The notes beneath the pieces are model-generated. The model saw nothing but the letters and a program-made list of their open reading frames with translations, did no database searches and had not been told where the DNA came from. DNA of 64,000 bases from Candidatus Hydrogenedentota bacterium (GTDB taxonomy: Bacteria; Hydrogenedentota; Hydrogenedentia; Hydrogenedentales; SLHB01). The DNA lies in the NCBI GenBank assembly GCA_963668025.2, contig CAXXTH010000010.1:896001-960000 (forward strand). Direction: 5' to 3'. This document shows, piece after piece, positions 20,163 through 30,900 of the stretch. The translations under genes and the position numbers were made by a program. Every line of letters begins with the position of its first letter. The stretch's first letter is position 1.

Positions 20163-20999
20163 TTAGTAATTCGTCACCGGGATAAAGCCCTTTTCCTCGA
20201 CCATCTTTTGGCCGTCTTGCGTGAGGTGAAGGGTGGTGAGCTTCCACAGGTTGGTGCCCATGGCCGGGACGCCGTTCGTGAACATGAACAGCGGGCGGGA
20301 GACGGGGTATTCGCCGCTTTTTACGGTTTCAGCCGTGGGTTCGATGTCATTGACTTTGATGGACTTGACGGTTTCGTCGATGAAGCCGATGCCCACATAA
20401 CCGATGGCGGCTTCGGTAGTGCCGACGCGGCCCTTCATTGCGCCGTTGCTGCCGACTGTCTCGACGCTCTCCGCCATCTTCTCTTTGTTCATAATCTTGC
20501 CTTCAAAGGTTTCGTAGGTGCCGCTGTTGGTGTCGCGGCTGATGACGACGATTTTGCTGTCCGGACCGCCGATTTCGTTCCAATTCGTGATTTTGCCCAT
20601 ATAAATGTCGCGGATCTGCTCGATTTTCAGCCCAGTGACCGGATTGCTAGGGTGCAAAATAACGGCAAGACCGTCCAGTGCGATGATGGTAGCGACTGGA
20701 ATCACTTGCTTTTCGATGCAGGCTTGATACTCGGTGTCTTTCATGAAACGCGACATGTTGGCGATGTTGCAGGTGCCATTCACAAGGGCCTTGGCTCCGT
20801 CGCCGCTGCCCGACTCACTCACGGTTACATTCACGCCAGGATTCTTCTGCATGTAGTAGTCAGCAAACGCCTTGGCAATCGGGCCGACCGTGGTCGAACC
20901 CACCATGGTGAGCTCTTCGGCCGAAGCTACGCTTGCCACGCCCAGCAGAGCTACTGCCAGCGTACAGGCTACTGAAACCGTTTTAAATCTCATCGTCAT
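20163..20999 (-). CDS. pstS: phosphate ABC transporter substrate-binding protein
   Basis: Signal peptide; GSTT, GSGDG, SRDTNSGT and YPVSRPLF. Confidence 0.93.
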   Translation of the reverse strand: MTMRFKTVSVACTLAVALLGVASVASAEELTMVGSTTVGPIAKAFADYYMQKNPGVNVTVSESGSGDGAKALVNGTCNIANMSRFMKDTEYQACIEKQVIPVATIIALDGLAVILHPSNPVTGLKIEQIRDIYMGKITNWNEIGGPDSKIVVISRDTNSGTYETFEGKIMNKEKMAESVETVGSNGAMKGRVGTTEAAIGYVGIGFIDETVKSIKVNDIEPTAETVKSGEYPVSRPLFMFTNGVPAMGTNLWKLTTLHLTQDGQKMVEEKGFIPVTNY

Positions 21000-21226
21000 C
21001 TGGGTATCTCCTTTTTGACAGGTTGTGTGTTTCTGATCTATCGCCTATGCGCTTAGGCGGGCTATTCGGTTCGTAAAGTAAGCTGGAGGCGCGCCGTCCG
21101 CTTAATTCACGGAGACCAATGCCCTGCTTAGGCCCTATTCAACGCCCAGTTATCCGAAGCATCTTTTCTTCGGATCGCTTGGCGAAGCAGGGTGGGAAGG
21201 CGTACTCCGCCTGCCCACGAAGCCTG

Positions 21227-21290
21227 ACTATACCGTTCTCATGTTAGGGAATTGTGAGGAGCGTATTAGCGCTTGTCGAAATCAGTAACA
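21227..21290 (-). promoter_or_regulatory. putative Pho-box promoter of the pst operon
   Basis: Minus strand: TTACT, CGACA, TAATA, TCACA and TAACA at 10-11 nt spacing, followed about 10 nt later by a TATAGT -10. Confidence 0.5.
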
Positions 21291-21483
21291 CGAAAAGGGG
21301 ATTTATGGATTTTTGCATTTATACCTAGCGCGGTTGGTCTGGACGACAATCCCGTTGGATACGGAGGATGGGAAAAAACCGCTGTCTTGGAGCGGCTTGA
21401 TTATAAAATGCTATTGCTTTCCCAACTCGAATAGGGGCATGCGACCATAAATGCCGGCACATGTCGCCTGGCTCGATGGGTAT

Positions 21484-22977
21484 TTATTTACTGTCCATAT
21501 ATCCCATATTTTCGAGCTGGGACTGCGTTTCGTCCGCGTCGTTTTCTGTCCGCCATGCACTGGGCAGTGGCTTAGCCGATGCGGCCCAGGCATCAAGCTG
21601 GGCTTTCAAGGAGGCTAGTTCAGTTTTCTGATCGGCGGTAGGCCCAGGGAGCAGATTCAGGCGTTCACGGGGATCCTGGGCTAGATCATAATATTCCGAA
21701 GTGCCCGCGTAGGGCGTCTCGATGTATTTGCGTGCATTCTGGCGTATGCATCTTGCTTTGGTTGCGTTCGGCCAGGAAGGATCGGTCTCCACTTCTTCCC
21801 AAGGCTGAGTTGCTTCGCTATACCGCACGCGCGATTCCATGCTGGATGCATTGGCTAGATCAATGGCTTCGGCGTCAATGCCTTCGGGGATGGGAAGCGC
21901 AAGTGTCTGCAATATGGTGGGGAAGAAATCCATGCTGGACATGACCCCGGGCACGCGGGTACCGCCATGGGCTCCATTAGGCAGGCGGGCCATGCCCACG
22001 ACGTTGATGCAATCATCGTATACCGTCTGGCCATGGGCGAAATAGGGCTCATGCTCCCATAAGGACTCGCCATGATCGCTTACCACCACCAAGAGCGATT
22101 GGGCGAGTATGCCTCGCGTGGTTAATTCGCTCAAGAGGCGTCCGATTTGGTTGTCCATGAAGGAGATTTCACCCGCATAGCGTTGCAACAGGCGGGGTTC
22201 CGCGGGCTCGCCGCGCCCCCGAGTCAACTCGCTGATGCGTCCTGCCACATCGGCCAAAGACTTTCCAGTCTCGGAAGGAATAGTGTCGTACATATGGAAG
22301 AATTCATCTGGGGGCGTATATGGCATATGGGCGTCGAAATAATGGATGAAGAGGAAGAGCGGCTTGCCGTCGTTTGGGGCGTTATCGAGATAGGAAAGCA
22401 CTGCGTCCGTCACTTCATTCGCGGGTCGTTCGTAGGCGGGCGTGCCGTCTCCTGCTTCCACCGTGAAATGTTCGTCGTAATGCTCGAATCCTTGGTTGAA
22501 TCCGAAGCGTTGCGACAACGGCATAGCGCCCAGGAAGGCTGCCGTGTGATAGCCCGCATTGTGCAGGATTTCCGCAAGCATGGTGTTATCCGCGTTTACG
22601 GTGAATCCATTGCGTGGCGTGCCATGGGTATGAGGATATTTACCAGTAAACAGGGAGGTGTGTGCGGCAAGCGTGCTTGGCGCGGGTGTGATGCAGTGTT
22701 CGAAGAGGATGCTTTCTTTGGCCAGCGCATCCAGATTGGGCGTTTTTGCCCAAGGATGGCCATAACAGCCCAAATAATCAGGGCGGGTAGTGTCTAGTGA
22801 TATAAGTATGACATGGCGCGGCGGCGCTGCCTCTGCTTCGGGTGTGGCTGCAACGGGAAGAGTAGGCGGCTTCATGCCAGGAGACGGCTCTTCGGATGGC
22901 TGGTGAAGAAACCAATAACCGCCTGCCGCTACGCCGATACATAACGCCAGCGCTAATAAAATCCCGATAATTCGCAT
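21484..22977 (-). CDS. sulfatase-like/alkaline phosphatase superfamily hydrolase
   Basis: N-terminal TM; LISLDT, SLFTG, FDAH and SDHGE motifs. Confidence 0.85.
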   Translation of the reverse strand: MRIIGILLALALCIGVAAGGYWFLHQPSEEPSPGMKPPTLPVAATPEAEAAPPRHVILISLDTTRPDYLGCYGHPWAKTPNLDALAKESILFEHCITPAPSTLAAHTSLFTGKYPHTHGTPRNGFTVNADNTMLAEILHNAGYHTAAFLGAMPLSQRFGFNQGFEHYDEHFTVEAGDGTPAYERPANEVTDAVLSYLDNAPNDGKPLFLFIHYFDAHMPYTPPDEFFHMYDTIPSETGKSLADVAGRISELTRGRGEPAEPRLLQRYAGEISFMDNQIGRLLSELTTRGILAQSLLVVVSDHGESLWEHEPYFAHGQTVYDDCINVVGMARLPNGAHGGTRVPGVMSSMDFFPTILQTLALPIPEGIDAEAIDLANASSMESRVRYSEATQPWEEVETDPSWPNATKARCIRQNARKYIETPYAGTSEYYDLAQDPRERLNLLPGPTADQKTELASLKAQLDAWAASAKPLPSAWRTENDADETQSQLENMGYMDSK

Positions 22978-23057
22978 GAATTCCGTCCCAATGGTTACAG
23001 TAAATCCAAACAGTTGGATGGTAGCAAAGCGCCGCAAGGCGGTCAATTGGAAATCAA

Positions 23058-23116
23058 AGGGACAGGCTACGATTCGCGAATATGCGAAGAGTAAGCATTA
23101 TTCGTAGCCTGTCCCT
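23058..23116. repeat. intergenic inverted repeat (REP-like)
   Basis: Perfect 15-bp arms AGGGACAGGCTACGA/TCGTAGCCTGTCCCT. Confidence 0.7.
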
Positions 23117-23155
23117 GCGTCTATAAACCACTCCAGCATCAAGAGCGCGCGCCGT

Positions 23156-24847
23156 TCAGATTTGGGCCGCCTTGACGGGTTTCGCTTTTGATATCATGCG
23201 CACCGCCTCAATGATGAGCCAGACAGATAGAACCAACAAGGTGATGCCGACAATACCGGATAGGAGGATGTCTGGTTTGATCGAACCGCTTTGCATCCAG
23301 CCAGGAAGCGTGCGGAGGAAAGTGAGAATTTGGAGGCTTAACGACCATAAGGTCATTACCATCATAAAGGCCATGGGAATCACCGTATACAGCACGTTTC
23401 GACCAGTCCGTTTGAGCCAGACGGATACGGCCATCAGTGTGAGGCTGGCCAGGAGCTGGTTGCTGGTGCCGAAGATGGGCCATGCGGCGAGATAACCTTT
23501 TTCTTTTGTGACCATGAGGATGATGAATGGCAACGCAAGCGTGAGGAATGTAGCGAACACGGCGCCAGCAGTTGTTTTCCAGCCAAGCAATTCTTGAAGC
23601 ACATAGCGGCCAAGGCGTGTGCTCACGTCAAGGGTGTCATAAACAAAAGTGGAGAACGCCAGGAGCGCGAATGCGAGGGCGGTATTGTAGTCGATGCCGA
23701 TCTTGCCCATGTATTGGGCGAGTCCTCCGGCATAGATGAGATTGGGCGCTTGCTTCAGCATGGGATCCTCTGGCTTGAGCATCATTACGGTGGCGAGAGC
23801 GAGCACGGCTACGAGCGCTTCGAGCAGCATGGCGCCGTAGCCCACCACCCGGGCGTCGGACTCCTTCTTCAACTGCTTCGATGTAGTGCCAGACGACACA
23901 ATGGCGTGGAAGCCGGAGCATGCGCCGCATGCGACGGTGATGAATAGAATGGGAATCAATGGTGCGCCGCTTTTGATGCTGTGCAGTCCTTCGGTGTTCC
24001 ATGCGGGATACTGGATGGCGTAGCCGCCGAATACTCCTCCCAATAACCCGGCGAATATGGTCGCATATAGGAACCAGCCGCCGAGGTATCCTCGAGGCTG
24101 AAGCAATAGCCACATTGGAATAAGCGACGCTACGAAGCAATATGCGAGCAAGAGGATATCCCATTGCTTGACGGAAATTTTGGCAAGGAAATCCATTACA
24201 GATTGGGGGGCATGGGGCCCAATGTAAACCGCTAAAAGCACCAGGGGCAGAAAGATGATCGTGGCGAGGGTGAGATTCATTTTGAACTTGTATAACAATA
24301 TGCCCAGCGCCACCCCCAGCACCAGATACAGGCCGGATGATACGGCCACACCAGGGCCAAAAGGCGTTTCCGCAGTGACATATTTAAAAGTCTGGCCCGT
24401 GATGTCCGTGAACGCCACGATGACATAGACAAGGGTCAGCCATATGAACGACAAGAAGAGGATATGCGCGGTGGGAGACATGTATTGCCGCGCCAGTTCG
24501 CCTACGGAAGAGCCTTTGTGCCGGACGGAGGCGAGCAGGCTCGACATGTCATGCACGCCGCCGATGAATATAGCGCCCACCAGGATCCAAAGCAGGGCGG
24601 GCGCCCAGCCGAACAGGATTCCCGCCAGGATAGGCCCTACAATGGGGCCAGCAGCGGCGATAGCGCTGAAATGCTGGCCTATCAATAGGCTTGAGCGGGC
24701 AGGGACGAAATCCACGCCATCATTGATTTCACAAGCGGGCGTAGGCCGGCTGTTATCCAATCCCAATTGGCGGGACAAGTAACGCCCATAAAAGAGATAA
24801 CCAGCCGCCAGCAAGACAGTCATTACAAGCACTACGATAGTAATCAT
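23156..24847 (-). CDS. cstA: carbon starvation protein A family transporter
   Basis: GQHFSAIAAAGPIVGP, ACGACSGFH and WPIFGTSNQLLA. Confidence 0.92.
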   Translation of the reverse strand: MITIVVLVMTVLLAAGYLFYGRYLSRQLGLDNSRPTPACEINDGVDFVPARSSLLIGQHFSAIAAAGPIVGPILAGILFGWAPALLWILVGAIFIGGVHDMSSLLASVRHKGSSVGELARQYMSPTAHILFLSFIWLTLVYVIVAFTDITGQTFKYVTAETPFGPGVAVSSGLYLVLGVALGILLYKFKMNLTLATIIFLPLVLLAVYIGPHAPQSVMDFLAKISVKQWDILLLAYCFVASLIPMWLLLQPRGYLGGWFLYATIFAGLLGGVFGGYAIQYPAWNTEGLHSIKSGAPLIPILFITVACGACSGFHAIVSSGTTSKQLKKESDARVVGYGAMLLEALVAVLALATVMMLKPEDPMLKQAPNLIYAGGLAQYMGKIGIDYNTALAFALLAFSTFVYDTLDVSTRLGRYVLQELLGWKTTAGAVFATFLTLALPFIILMVTKEKGYLAAWPIFGTSNQLLASLTLMAVSVWLKRTGRNVLYTVIPMAFMMVMTLWSLSLQILTFLRTLPGWMQSGSIKPDILLSGIVGITLLVLSVWLIIEAVRMISKAKPVKAAQI

Positions 24848-25008
24848 GTCCGATTTTTTCCCCGTTGTGCGCCTGGGCGGATGCGGTAATCGAAGCTGCA
24901 TTCTTCAGGCATGACAAAAGTTAGGCTCCGCTTCATTATGCCACACCCGGCAGGCGTATCAAAGAGGCCGCCGCGTATACCGGCATGCCTTGGCGCTTTG
25001 TCGTGGCT

Positions 25009-25102
25009 CCCGCCCCCATAAAATGAGCCATTAGCGATGATAGCATCTTCGTCGAGCAAAAAGGATTCTATCATCGCTAATGGCTCATTTTATGGGGGCG
25101 GG
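25009..25102. repeat. perfect 35-bp-arm palindrome (MITE-like)
   Basis: CCCGCCCCCATAAAATGAGCCATTAGCGATGATAG (25009-25043) and its reverse complement (25068-25102). Confidence 0.9.
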
Positions 25103-25121
25103 CGGCTGTTTACACCTACCC

Positions 25122-26674
25122 GCTGTGGTTTGAGGGGAATCTCCGCTCAGGTATAATCTTCATGGCTGATACCAACACGCCCGACGCGCTGTGGTTTGAG
25201 GGGAATCTCCGCTCAGGTATAATTAGCATTCAATTCATCCCATAGCCGCGCATGCTGTGGTTTGAGGGGAATCTCCGCTCAGGTATAATCGTATGGGGCA
25301 CGGTCTTTTTTAGACCTAGCTGTGGTTTGAGGGGAATCTCCGCTCAGGTATAATCTAACGCACAGCGGCGGATACTTACCCTGGGCTGTGGTTTGAGGGG
25401 AATCTCCGCTCAGGTATAATCAGCGTATTAATGCGCTATACTAATGTCCAGCTGTGGTTTGAGGGGAATCTCCGCTCAGGTATAATCGGTGCGCCAGTGG
25501 TGCTTGATGACATAAAGCTGTGGTTTGAGGGGAATCTCCGCTCAGGTATAATCGACAGGAAAATCTGCCATGCATGAAATACGGCTGTGGTTTGAGGGGA
25601 ATCTCCGCTCAGGTATAATTACGCTGGACGCCGATCAACTCATGGGCGTGCTGTGGTTTGAGGGGAATCTCCGCTCAGGTATAATCTAGACCCGAATAAT
25701 ACTGATATCGAGGTAGCTGTGGTTTGAGGGGAATCTCCGCTCAGGTATAATGCCGCACGTGGACCTAAACGACTTAGTAGAGCTGTGGTTTGAGGGGAAT
25801 CTCCGCTCAGGTATAATCAGTATTGATGAAACTGCTTGCTGGTCTAGGCTGTGGTTTGAGGGGAATCTCCGCTCAGGTATAATTGGCTGTGTTTACGGTA
25901 AGCTGGCGCTTTCGCTGTGGTTTGAGGGGAATCTCCGCTCAGGTATAATATCAACGCGCCATTACTCAATTCATTAAATGCTGTGGTTTGAGGGGAATCT
26001 CCGCTCAGGTATAATGAGGCATCACAAAACGCCTTGCTGATTTCAGCTGTGGTTTGAGGGGAATCTCCGCTCAGGTATAATAACAAAACGGCGCGCCAGT
26101 CAATGAATCAAGCTGTGGTTTGAGGGGAATCTCCGCTCAGGTATAATGACACGCATAGCGTTTAAGGCATGCAAGGAGCTGTGGTTTGAGGGGAATCTCC
26201 GCTCAGGTATAATTGTTGTCCTTGCGCTATTACTAAACCATGGCTGTGGTTTGAGGGGAATCTCCGCTCAGGTATAATTGGAATCTCGTTGCCTTGCTTC
26301 CAACTCAAGCTGTGGTTTGAGGGGAATCTCCGCTCAGGTATAATTTTTTGGCCTCTTCTAAAATAGTTTGGTAAGCTGTGGTTTGAGGGGAATCTCCGCT
26401 CAGGTATAATCTATTTCACGGCAGAGCAAGATAGCCCGGGGCTGTGGTTTGAGGGGAATCTCCGCTCAGGTATAATCATTATAGCCACCACAAGTGAGTA
26501 TGGGGGGCTGTGGTTTGAGGGGAATCTCCGCTCAGGTATAATCCGTGGTGGGCAACACCTTCATGGCTACTAGCTGTGGTTTGAGGGGAATCTCCGCTCA
26601 GGTATAATAAAAGGAGCGATCAAATGGAACAAAAGTACGCTGTGGTTTGAGGGGAATCTCCGCTCAGGTATAAT
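25122..26674 (+). CRISPR. type II-C CRISPR array, 24 repeats and 23 spacers
   Basis: Invariant 36-nt repeat GCTGTGGTTTGAGGGGAATCTCCGCTCAGGTATAAT with 29-31 nt spacers; orientation inferred from tracrRNA complementarity. Confidence 0.99.
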
Positions 26675-26725
26675 TATTCCTCCCCGAAGCCCTTGATTTC
26701 GGGGGGGATACGCCCCATCTGGGCG

Positions 26726-27079
26726 TCAAAAAAGCAGGAGTTGCGGCGGCGGCTCTTCGGTGGGCTGTTGCTTTTTCCCGTAGAACACTTCCATTTTGCC
26801 GAACTGCCGGTCGGTCACGGCGAGGAGGCGGACGTGCCCGCCGGGGGGAATGGCCTTGCGGATGCGGGCGCGGTGGGCTTGGCTGCTTTCCTCGTCGGGG
26901 TAGTAGCGGGCGTAGACCGAGAATTGCATCATCGAGAAGCCTTCCTTGAGGAGTTCGTTGCGGAACTTGGTGTAGCGCCGCCGGTCTTCGTCGGACACGA
27001 CGGGCAGATCGAACATGGTGAAAAGCCACACGCCTCTATACTCCGATAGTTCGAGCCGGGCTTGTTCCTTGCCGGACAT
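26726..27079 (-). CDS. cas2: CRISPR-associated endonuclease Cas2
   Basis: MFDLPV, FRNELLKEGFSMMQFSVY and VTDRQF. Confidence 0.96.
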   Translation of the reverse strand: MSGKEQARLELSEYRGVWLFTMFDLPVVSDEDRRRYTKFRNELLKEGFSMMQFSVYARYYPDEESSQAHRARIRKAIPPGGHVRLLAVTDRQFGKMEVFYGKKQQPTEEPPPQLLLF

Positions 27080-27095
27080 GGCCGTCCGCGCTCCT

Positions 27096-27986
27096 CTACA
27101 GTTCAGGCAGCAGCAAATCCTTTCGTTCCCCCTCGAACACTTGCGCCAGCGACGCCGTCATGCGCGCGAGGATGTCGAACAGCCCCCGGACTTCGCCGTC
27201 CACATCGAAGCGCTGCGTGACAGCGCCGATGAACGCCGCCTTGGCGGCTTTATCAAGGGGCGCTTCCTTGCCGTATTGGTGGATGTGGTGGAGGACGGCC
27301 CGGTCCACCAAGGGGCGGAACGGCTCCATGAGGTCATCGGCGAGGGGAAAGGCGTCATATCGGTTGTGGTGGTGAAGCCCGAGGGAGGGGTGGAGGCCCG
27401 AGGCGCAGATGGCCCGGGCTGTCATGGCCCGCAGCACGGCGTAGCCGTAGTTGAGCAGGGGATTGGGCGGCGGGCCTTCGCGCTGCCGCCGGAATTCTGG
27501 GTCATCGAAGAGGGCGGGCCAATAGCGCCGTGCGGCCTGCCCCTCGAGGTTATCCGGATCGCCCGAGCGCACGCGCAGGGCCATGGCGCAGAGGCCCTTG
27601 TCGACGCCCCGGAAATCGAGGAGGATGCGCCCTTGCAGCCCCACTTTGGCCTGGATGAGCTGCCGCCACAGCCGTTTGCAGGTGGGCAGCGCCGCAGCCG
27701 CCTGCCGCGCGAAGCGTTCCGACTGGCGATGGTGCCCCTCGATGGGCAGCATGAGGGCGCAGGGCAAATGCTGGGCGTCGCACACCACCAGCACGCCGCC
27801 GTGCCGGGCGAGGCCCGTGAGGACGGCGTGCGAGTAGGAGACGGCGGCGTTGCTCACGAGCAACACCGCCAGCTCATCCAAGGGCGTGGACACTTCCGGG
27901 CCTTCATGCGGCTCGATACGGAGCTGTTCGAGCCGCACGCTCAGCCGCGCGCCTTGCCCCGATATATCGAGGATGCGGTCAGTCAT
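27096..27986 (-). CDS. cas1: CRISPR-associated endonuclease Cas1 (type II)
   Basis: SGDPDNLEGQAARRYW, LNYGYAVLR, GLHH and LADDLMEPFRP. Confidence 0.97.
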   Translation of the reverse strand: MTDRILDISGQGARLSVRLEQLRIEPHEGPEVSTPLDELAVLLVSNAAVSYSHAVLTGLARHGGVLVVCDAQHLPCALMLPIEGHHRQSERFARQAAAALPTCKRLWRQLIQAKVGLQGRILLDFRGVDKGLCAMALRVRSGDPDNLEGQAARRYWPALFDDPEFRRQREGPPPNPLLNYGYAVLRAMTARAICASGLHPSLGLHHHNRYDAFPLADDLMEPFRPLVDRAVLHHIHQYGKEAPLDKAAKAAFIGAVTQRFDVDGEVRGLFDILARMTASLAQVFEGERKDLLLPEL

Positions 27987-30900
27987 TCGAGTCTCGCATT
28001 TCGCCAAGCGGAGTAAGGTGGAGTTTTTTTATAAACCTGCTCTGAAACAAAGAAAATGATTGAAAACGCACCCATTTTCCAGCCGCCACAATATCTTTCT
28101 TTAGTCTGGCCTCCGTTAGGCGTACAAAACAATAATCCTTCTTAGAGACACTTCTGACGATCACAAGCTGTTCGTTATCGTCATCGTCCTTAATCAAAAG
28201 AACATCCCCTTGCGTCAAGCTCATAACGAAGCGTTTTCCCTCGCCGTGTTCGTGCTGGATGATCGGCTCGTGCTTGAGCAGCCGCCGCATGGCGGTGTAC
28301 CGGTCCACGATGATGTCATCCCATTTGGCGTTGCCCTTTTTATCGGTGATCTCGATAATCTCGGCGTGGTGGTTGGCGTTGAGGAGCACGTGGCGTTCGC
28401 GTGAGCCTTTGCCGATGGTTTTGGCCGAGGCCACGACGCGGATGCGGGCTTTCCGGATGGGGATTTTCCGCCCGTCGTGCGTGGTGAGATAGGGCAGATT
28501 TTGTTCATCCTTGAAGGCCTTGGCGGGATCGCCGCCGAGTTCCTCGAGTTTGCGCCGCACGGCCTGGCGCACGACGGGATCGACGATATCATCGATCCGG
28601 TTGGCCGAGAGGCTGGCCAGCGGTTTGCGGACATGGCAGCAGGGTTTGTCTTTGTCATCCATATAAGGCTTGCCGTAATTGGTCTCGTCGTGCATGGGGC
28701 CATTGACCTTGCGGGACACCCGGTGGGAGACCACGATGCCGTTGACGGCCTCGGTGAGTTCCGTTAGGAAGCCATCCCAGGGCTGGGGGACATTTTTCCA
28801 CCAGTTGCGGCGGCCTTCCGCGTATCCTTTGGAGTTGGCGGTGCTGAGGGCCTTGACGGTTTTCGCGTCCGTGAGGGCGATGGCCACGGCGTCGATGGCG
28901 TGGTGGCGGTGGTCATCGCGCGTTTTTGTTCCGCCATCACCCAAGATGCCGTTAAGGCCCCATGCCATGCGCAGATCGGAGGTCACTTGCCCGCGCCCCG
29001 CCTGGATGCGGCGTGTGTCGTTGGCGTCGATCTGGCCGCCATATAGCATGCCGAGGTATTGGGCGGCCAAGGTCGAGGCATAACGCGTGTCGTTGAGCTG
29101 CCGGTTCGAGAATGTATCGAACGCATCGAGTGAGGTGGTGAGGAAGCGCCCGAGTTTGGCGGCCACGGCGCGTCTATCGCCCTTAAAGCTCTTCACGCGG
29201 GCGACGATGGCGTCCATTTCATCGGGGGTATAGGCCTCTTGGGGCGTCTTGTTCTGCTTCCGGTTGCGGTTTTCCTCGTGGTAGCAGAGGGTCTTGTTGG
29301 TAAAGGAATTATCAAGACACCGGCTATACGGAATGATATGCTCGATGTCGAATTGGGAGTCCTTGCCCACCAAGGCTTTCATGGAGATGTGCTTGCCCGT
29401 GTACGGGCATGTCCAATCGCATTCCTCCGCCAACTGCACCCGGAGAATGTCCTCCCGGGAGGGTTGTGGAATCACGGCTTCCTTGATGATTTTTGCGCGC
29501 GCCTTTTCGCGGAGCTGTTCGTTTTGGCGGTTTTTCTTCCAGATCTCGGCGCGGTCGCTGCGTGATTTTTTAAGATCCCGCGCCAGCTCGATGCGAATGC
29601 AGCCGGGCAGGCCGTGCTTGTCGAGAATCGCGTTGACGACCTTGCGCGTCTCGGATAATACGCGGTGGACGGCGGGATTGCGCAACTCGATATTGACGTT
29701 GTCCCGGTCGTCGATATAGGGAAGCCGGCCGACAGGAATCGAGCGATCCCGGCCCGGATACGCATGCAGCCGGGCCGTGGCATACGGGACGCCTTGCTCC
29801 ATCTCAGGCAGCATGCGCTCGATGGCCTTGCGCGATAAGCTGCAATAGCCTTCCTCGATCGCGGTTTTCGATAATTTTTCCGCGTCCGCCTTGCTGAGTT
29901 TCCAGGCCCGTACACCACGGGAAGCGAGGGCCTTTTCATTCTGGATGCTATAGACATCGTGCAACACAGCTTCCTTCTGGTCTTCAGTCAAAGCATCCCA
30001 GCGGCCACCGAATACTCCCCGGAGCCGGGCGGTGGTGGTGTCTCCCTTGAGCTTTTTCTCGCCGCCCCGTTCGAGATTGAATGTAGAGCCTCTTTCGAGG
30101 CCGAGTTCTTTGCGTATTTTGGTGAATTCCGCATCACCTGTTTGAGCCAGCAAATCGATGAGCAGCGTCCGTTCTTCAGGCGAGAGGCCGCGCTCCTCGA
30201 AAAATGGCGCGGGTCCGACGATCTTCAGGTCATTCACCTTCTGGAGCAGGCGGAACCGCTGGGCGATGAAGGACGCCCAAGGCGCGCGGCGTGCGCCCTC
30301 CTCGAGTTCACAACGCCCCACAAGGCCCTTTTGTGATTTCAATGGGCGTTGGCGGAAGATGGACTTATAGAGCTGTTTTTTGAATGCCGCGGTCAATATC
30401 TTGGGATGATGCTTCGCTTGAGCGGTCCAGATGGCCTCGAATTCCTGTTCGTACATGGTCCGGGCGGTCCAGCGTTTGCGGATGCGGTGCTCGTGCGGGT
30501 CCAATCCTGCGAAGTATTCACCCAGTGTTCGCGCACCGCTCTGCTCGATCTCCTGCGCCAATTCGCTGATTCCCTGTTTGACTTGCCCTTCTTCCTCTCC
30601 GTCTTTTGTAGGCGCTTTGCGGTTGCTCAAGAATCCTCGGCGCTGAGACAGATGATAGAAAGCGCGGCCAAGCTCGAACGGTTCTAGCGGTTCATCCAAG
30701 GCGCGGGCGCGCAGAAAATACGGAAGCTGGTCTAAAGTCTGCAATATATCTTTCTTCTTCTTACGAACCGCCGCCGCATACTTCAAGTACACATCCGCAT
30801 CAAAGGATTTGATGATGGCGTCGCGGCTGGAGTCTTGCTTGAGGCCGCCTTTTGGCAGCAGGCCATGACGTTGAAGCAGGCATGCCGTTTTTCTTCTCCG

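Noticed and set aside
25750-26086. ORFs within the CRISPR array
   Set aside because: Arise from the 66-nt repeat-spacer periodicity
25158-26572. Shared CTTCATGGCT in spacers 1 and 22, and possible self-targeting
   Set aside because: A 10-nt match with unrelated flanks is compatible with chance; no protospacer seen in the window by eye, and the check was not exhaustive
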